Below are positions 28,196 through 32,000 of a DNA stretch of 32,000 bases, piece by piece; the first letter of the stretch is position 1; each line of letters begins with the position of its first letter. The stretch is from Halorhodospira halophila SL1 (GTDB lineage Bacteria; Pseudomonadota; Gammaproteobacteria; Nitrococcales; Halorhodospiraceae): NCBI RefSeq assembly GCF_000015585.1, contig NC_008789.1:1530001-1562000 (forward strand). Reading direction: 5' to 3'. A program made the translations under genes and the position numbers. Below the pieces are notes generated by a model. That model made no database searches. It was not told where the DNA came from and saw only the letters and a program-made list of their open reading frames with translations.

Positions 28196-30292
28196 GTGAA
28201 AGACGACTTGGCCTCCCCCACCACCTCCACCCGGGCACTGTCGAGCAGTCTGACGCAGACCCTCTTCCTACAGAGCGAAGACGGTATGCTGGTGCTGCGC
28301 GATGGCCATTTCGTCGCCTGCAACCCGGCAGCCGCCCGCATGCTCGGCTGGGACGATCCGCAGCAGTTGATCGGGCTGCGCCCGGAGGCTATCTCCCCCC
28401 AAATACAGCCGGACGGCGCGTCGGCAGCGGATCGGGTCCAAAGCCTGCTTCGTGCCGCAGTGAGCGAGGGCGCACAACGCTTCGAGTGGATCCACACCTC
28501 CCCGGAGGGCGGGCGACTGTGGTTCGAAATCGTGCTCACTCCCCTGCACCTGGACGACGAGACCCTGTGCTGCGCGACACTGCGTGACATCTCCCGGCGC
28601 AAGGAGATGGAGCGGCGGCTGCAGCTCTCTGCCAAGGTCTTCACCGCTACGCGCGACGGGATCCTGATCACCGACGCCGACAGCCGCATCCTCCAGGTTA
28701 ACGACGCCTTCACGCGGATCACCGGCTACGCCGAGGAAGAACTGCTCGGACGGACGCCCCGGGTGTTGCAGTCGGGCCACCACGACGCAGACTTCTACCG
28801 GGTCATGTGGGAGTCCATCCACCAGCAAGGCAGCTGGTCCGGGGAGCTGTGGGACCGCACCAAGTACGGGACGCTGCAGCCGAAATGGGTCACCATCAGC
28901 AAGGTCACCGGCGCCTACGGCGAGGTCATCAACTTCATCGCGGTCTTCAGCGACCTGACCGAGCTCAAGCGCTCCCAGGAGCGGTTGCAGTTCCAGGCCT
29001 ACCACGACGCGCTCACCGGACTGGCCAACCGGCTCCTGTTCAAGGACCGCATGGCACGCGCCCTGGAACGTTCCCGCCAGTCCGAAGAGCAGCTGGCCGT
29101 GCTGTTCATCGATCTGGATCACTTCAAGGACGTCAACGACAGCCTGGGCCATACCGCCGGCGATCGCATCCTCCGTCAGGTCGCCCACCGACTCCAGGCA
29201 CGCCTGGGTGCCGACGACACCCTAGCCCGTCTCGGTGGCGACGAGTTCAGCATCTGCCTGGCCGAGATCCGCGACCACCGTGATGCCCTGGCCTGCGCTG
29301 AAACGGTCCACCAGGAGCTGGAGCGGCCCTTCCAGTACAGCCAACGCTGGTTCCAATGCCGATGCAGCATCGGAATCAGCATGTATCCCGACAACGGCGA
29401 AACCGTGGAAGAGCTGATCCGCAACGCCGACTCGGCGCTGCACAACGCGAAGGCGGAGGGCCGCAATACCACGTGCTTTTATGCCGAGGAGCTGACCGAG
29501 CGGGCCCAGCGCCGGCTGGACCTTGCCCAGGAGATGCGCCAGGGGCTCCAGCGGGGCGAGCTGATCCCCTATTTCCAGCATCAGGTCGACCTGACCACCG
29601 GCCGCGTCGTCGGCATCGAGGCCTTGGTGCGCTGGCACCACCCCGAACGGGGGCTGCTGACCCCCGGCGCCTTTATCCCCGTGGCCGAGGAGGTCGGAAC
29701 CATGGCCGCCCTCGGCGAGGACATCCTGCTGCAGGCGTGTCAGCAAGGCCGCACCTGGCTGGACCAGCGGCGCGAATTCGGCCGGGTGGCTGTCAACCTG
29801 TCCGCCGCCCAGTTCCACAACGGCGACATCGAGAAGACCGTCCGGCGCACCCTGGAGCAGACAGGCCTGCCGGCCCAGTGCCTGGAACTGGAGATCACCG
29901 AATCGACCATCATGGACCTCAGCCCCCGCACCCTGGAGCGACTGGCCGCTCTGCGCCGGGCGGGGGTATCGTTGAGCATCGATGACTTCGGGACCGGCTA
30001 CTCGTCCCTGCTCTATCTCAAGCGCCTACCGATCAACCGGGTCAAGATCGACCGCGGCTTCATCTGGGACATGGGGACGACGCCGGAATCCCGCTCCATC
30101 GTCGATACCATCCTGCAGCTGGCCCACGTGCTCGGCCTGGAGGTCGTGGCCGAAGGGGTGGAGACCATCCAGCAACGCGATCAGCTGATCGACGCCGGGT
30201 GCCGGGTCGCCCAGGGTTTCCTGTGGGCGCGCCCGGAGCCCCATCCCCACCTGCGCTGCTGCAGCGCGCAAGCGTCCAATGATCCGCCGTAG
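28196..30292 (+). CDS. PAS-PAS-GGDEF-EAL c-di-GMP turnover protein
   Basis: There are two PAS-like segments. The GGDEF domain has the intact motif RLGGDEFSI. The EAL domain has GIEALVRW, ELEITES and DDFGTGYSSL. The GTG start at 28196 is uncertain. Confidence 0.92.
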   Translation: MKDDLASPTTSTRALSSSLTQTLFLQSEDGMLVLRDGHFVACNPAAARMLGWDDPQQLIGLRPEAISPQIQPDGASAADRVQSLLRAAVSEGAQRFEWIHTSPEGGRLWFEIVLTPLHLDDETLCCATLRDISRRKEMERRLQLSAKVFTATRDGILITDADSRILQVNDAFTRITGYAEEELLGRTPRVLQSGHHDADFYRVMWESIHQQGSWSGELWDRTKYGTLQPKWVTISKVTGAYGEVINFIAVFSDLTELKRSQERLQFQAYHDALTGLANRLLFKDRMARALERSRQSEEQLAVLFIDLDHFKDVNDSLGHTAGDRILRQVAHRLQARLGADDTLARLGGDEFSICLAEIRDHRDALACAETVHQELERPFQYSQRWFQCRCSIGISMYPDNGETVEELIRNADSALHNAKAEGRNTTCFYAEELTERAQRRLDLAQEMRQGLQRGELIPYFQHQVDLTTGRVVGIEALVRWHHPERGLLTPGAFIPVAEEVGTMAALGEDILLQACQQGRTWLDQRREFGRVAVNLSAAQFHNGDIEKTVRRTLEQTGLPAQCLELEITESTIMDLSPRTLERLAALRRAGVSLSIDDFGTGYSSLLYLKRLPINRVKIDRGFIWDMGTTPESRSIVDTILQLAHVLGLEVVAEGVETIQQRDQLIDAGCRVAQGFLWARPEPHPHLRCCSAQASNDPP

Positions 30293-30296
30293 CCCA

Positions 30297-30647
30297 CTAC
30301 AGGGTGAGGACGGCGCCCACGGCGACCAGCGCCGCGGCGCCGGCGCTGCCGTAACACGCCCACCAGGTACCCCGTCCGGCCCGGACCCCGAGGTCGCGCA
30401 GGGTGTGGTAGATCCGGTGGGCCGCGTGGCAGAGCACCACCCCGAGCCCCAGAGCCACCGCCAGACCCACCACCGGCCGGGCCAGCAGTTCCCGCATCGA
30501 CTGGTAGCCCAGCAGCTCGACCCCATGCTCCGCGGCGACGGGCATCACGATGCCGGTCAACAGGATCAGTGCCGGACCAAGCAGCGCCGCCAGCAGCCCC
30601 CCGGCGCCGAAGAGCAGCCACAGCGGCGGTTCGTGGGAACGTCTCAT
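30297..30647 (-). CDS. frdD: Fumarate reductase membrane anchor subunit D
   Basis: This is the last 116 codons of track ORF 30297..31208: MRRSHEPPLWLLFGAGGLLAALLGPALILL...HAAHRIYHTLRDLG, which aligns by eye with E. coli FrdD. Its start makes an ATGA overlap with the frdC stop. Confidence 0.85.
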   Translation of the reverse strand: MRRSHEPPLWLLFGAGGLLAALLGPALILLTGIVMPVAAEHGVELLGYQSMRELLARPVVGLAVALGLGVVLCHAAHRIYHTLRDLGVRAGRGTWWACYGSAGAAALVAVGAVLTL

Positions 30648-31042
30648 CCAGCCCCTCCGAGGATGTAAAGGCAGACGCCACCCGAGAGGACGGCCGAGAG
30701 CACCCAGCCGCCCCATACCAGCATTCGGTCCGTGGGCCGGTAGCCGCGCCAGCGCAGGACCGGCAACGTCAGGGGCAGCAGCCGAAACCAGGTGACGGCG
30801 TGGAAGATAGCAGCCAGCAGCGCGGCCAGGTGCAGACCGAACAGCCAGGGATGGCCGTGCAGTGCCCGCCACCCCTCGTAGGCTGCTTCTCCGGCAGCCA
30901 GGCACAGCACCCCGATCAGCAGCCAGATCGCGTAGAGGGCTAGAAGAACGCTGCTCCCTTCCCGCAACAGGTAGCGGCGGTAGGCCGGGTGCCGCTGCCA
31001 CCAGCCGCGCATGGTCGGGCGGTAAGCGTGCGGCCGACTCAT
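30644..31042 (-). CDS. frdC: Fumarate reductase membrane anchor subunit C
   Basis: MSRPHAYRPTMRGWWQRHPAYRRYLLREGSSV...HAVTWF matches the E. coli FrdC pattern. Its start makes an ATGA overlap with the frdB stop. Confidence 0.85.
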   Translation of the reverse strand: MSRPHAYRPTMRGWWQRHPAYRRYLLREGSSVLLALYAIWLLIGVLCLAAGEAAYEGWRALHGHPWLFGLHLAALLAAIFHAVTWFRLLPLTLPVLRWRGYRPTDRMLVWGGWVLSAVLSGGVCLYILGGAG

Positions 31043-31803
31043 TCCGAGCCCTCCCGCTTGCGGCCGCCCGGGCGCAGCCAGTCGAGCAGATAGCGAGCGC
31101 TGCTCGCGGGCTTGTTCTGATTGATCGCGCGCGCCGGGTCGACCCCCTTGGGACAGACCTCGGAACAGTAGCCAACCAGGGTGCACCCCCAGACACCCTC
31201 CTCGGCATCGACTACCCCCTCTCGGGCCCGACTACCCCCATCCCGATGATCCAGGTTGTACCGCTGCACCAGCGCCAGGATCCCGGGTCCCAGGAAGTCT
31301 GGGTGCCAGCCGTACTGCGGGCAAGCAGCGTAGCAGAGCAGACAGTTGATGCACTGCGCGTAGGCGTAGTAGTCCGACATCTCCTCGGGCGTCTGCCGGT
31401 AAGTCCCGTCAGCGGGGGTCCGGTCGTCAGCCGGGATCAGGTAAGCGCGGGCCGTCTCCAGCTTCTCGAGGAAGTCGGTGTGGTCGATGACCAGGTCCCG
31501 CTGAATGGGGAAATGGTCCAGTGCCGTCACGCGCACCGGCCCCGGCGCGTAATCACGGAGGAAGACGTGGCAGGCCAGCTCAGGCTCGCCGTCGATCATG
31601 CAGCCACAGCTTCCGCAGATCGCCATGCGACACGACCAGCGGAAGGTCAGGGTGCCATCCAGATGGTCCTTGATGTACTGCAGGCCCTCGAGAACGGACA
31701 TATCCGGCGTATACGGCACGGTGTAACGCTGCCAGCGCGGGGCGGCATCCTGCTCCGGGTGGTAGCGTTGCACTTCGAGGGTGATGTGCTGCCACTCGCT
31801 CAC
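31039..31803 (-). CDS. frdB: Fumarate reductase iron-sulfur subunit
   Basis: Cys clusters are CRMAICGSCG, CINCLLCYAACP and CTLVGYCSEVCPKGVDP. The GTG start makes a GTGA overlap with the frdA stop. Confidence 0.93.
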   Translation of the reverse strand: MSEWQHITLEVQRYHPEQDAAPRWQRYTVPYTPDMSVLEGLQYIKDHLDGTLTFRWSCRMAICGSCGCMIDGEPELACHVFLRDYAPGPVRVTALDHFPIQRDLVIDHTDFLEKLETARAYLIPADDRTPADGTYRQTPEEMSDYYAYAQCINCLLCYAACPQYGWHPDFLGPGILALVQRYNLDHRDGGSRAREGVVDAEEGVWGCTLVGYCSEVCPKGVDPARAINQNKPASSARYLLDWLRPGGRKREGSE

Positions 31804-32000
31804 GACCGGCCCTCCCCTTCGGCCCCATAGGCCCGTCGCCGCGGCTCGGAACGGGTAATGGTTACCGGCGCGTGATCGATCACCGGCCCAGTCTCACCAC
31901 CCGGGTAAGCAAGGGTGTGGACCAGGAAGCGTTCGTCATCCCGCTCGGTATGGGCGTCATCGCGCACATGGGCGCCACGGGACTCCCTGCGCGCCCGTGC
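31800..32000 (-). CDS. frdA: Fumarate reductase flavoprotein subunit, C-terminal fragment (gene starts beyond the right edge)
   Basis: My own translation gives ARARRESRGAHVRDDAHTERDDERFLVHTLAY...RSEPRRRAYGAEGEGRS*, which contains the conserved ESRGAH..R.D motif of SdhA/FrdA C-termini. Confidence 0.85.
   Translation of the reverse strand, partial: ARARRESRGAHVRDDAHTERDDERFLVHTLAYPGGETGPVIDHAPVTITRSEPRRRAYGAEGEGRS

Noticed and set aside
30297-31208. A 303-aa minus-strand ORF spanning frdD and, out of frame, frdC.
   Set aside because: Only the last 116 codons resemble FrdD. The upstream part is Arg/Ala/Pro-rich and overlaps the clearly FrdC-like frame. The ATG at 30647 makes an ATGA overlap with the frdC stop.

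Overview
This is a high-GC (by eye about two-thirds G+C, not computed), gene-dense bacterial chromosomal segment. I support 35 CDS and recognised no rRNA, tRNA, CRISPR array, transposase or integrase. The backbone is a gammaproteobacterial housekeeping block on the minus strand. Read right to left it is accA-tilS-[2-gene insert]-pyrG-kdsA-eno-ftsB-ispD-ispF-truD-[smrB on the opposite strand]-surE-pcm-[yqaA-like]-nlpD-rpoS, the order I remember from Pseudomonas-type genomes. Left of the block lie a YbbA/YbbP-type (MacB-like) ABC transporter preceded by a secreted DsrE-like protein, and the redox two-component pair regB-regA. Next comes an accessory-looking module: an ArsR repressor, a divergent operon of an RND (MMPL/HpnN-like) pump, a LolA-like periplasmic protein and an outer-membrane barrel, and a second two-Cys BigR/SqrR-like ArsR. 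A receiver plus PilZ-like response regulator sits directly downstream of rpoS. Right of the block lie an orphan 127-aa protein, an FAH-family hydrolase, a PAS-GGDEF-EAL protein and frdABCD (frdA cut by the window edge). The best candidate for an undescribed system is the ArsR-bracketed RND/LolA-like/barrel operon at 4.2-9.8 kb, which has no membrane-fusion or TolC partner and carries a perfect 16-bp palindromic operator. Secondary leads are the rpoS-adjacent response regulator, the structured 258-nt rpoS leader, the XRE plus secreted M1 peptidase insertion that breaks tilS-pyrG synteny, and the DsrE-like/ABC trio. All family calls come from motif recognition by eye and memory; no database search was run. 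The ORF track translates GTG and TTG starts as M, so several starts were re-picked from RBS context and homolog N-termini.
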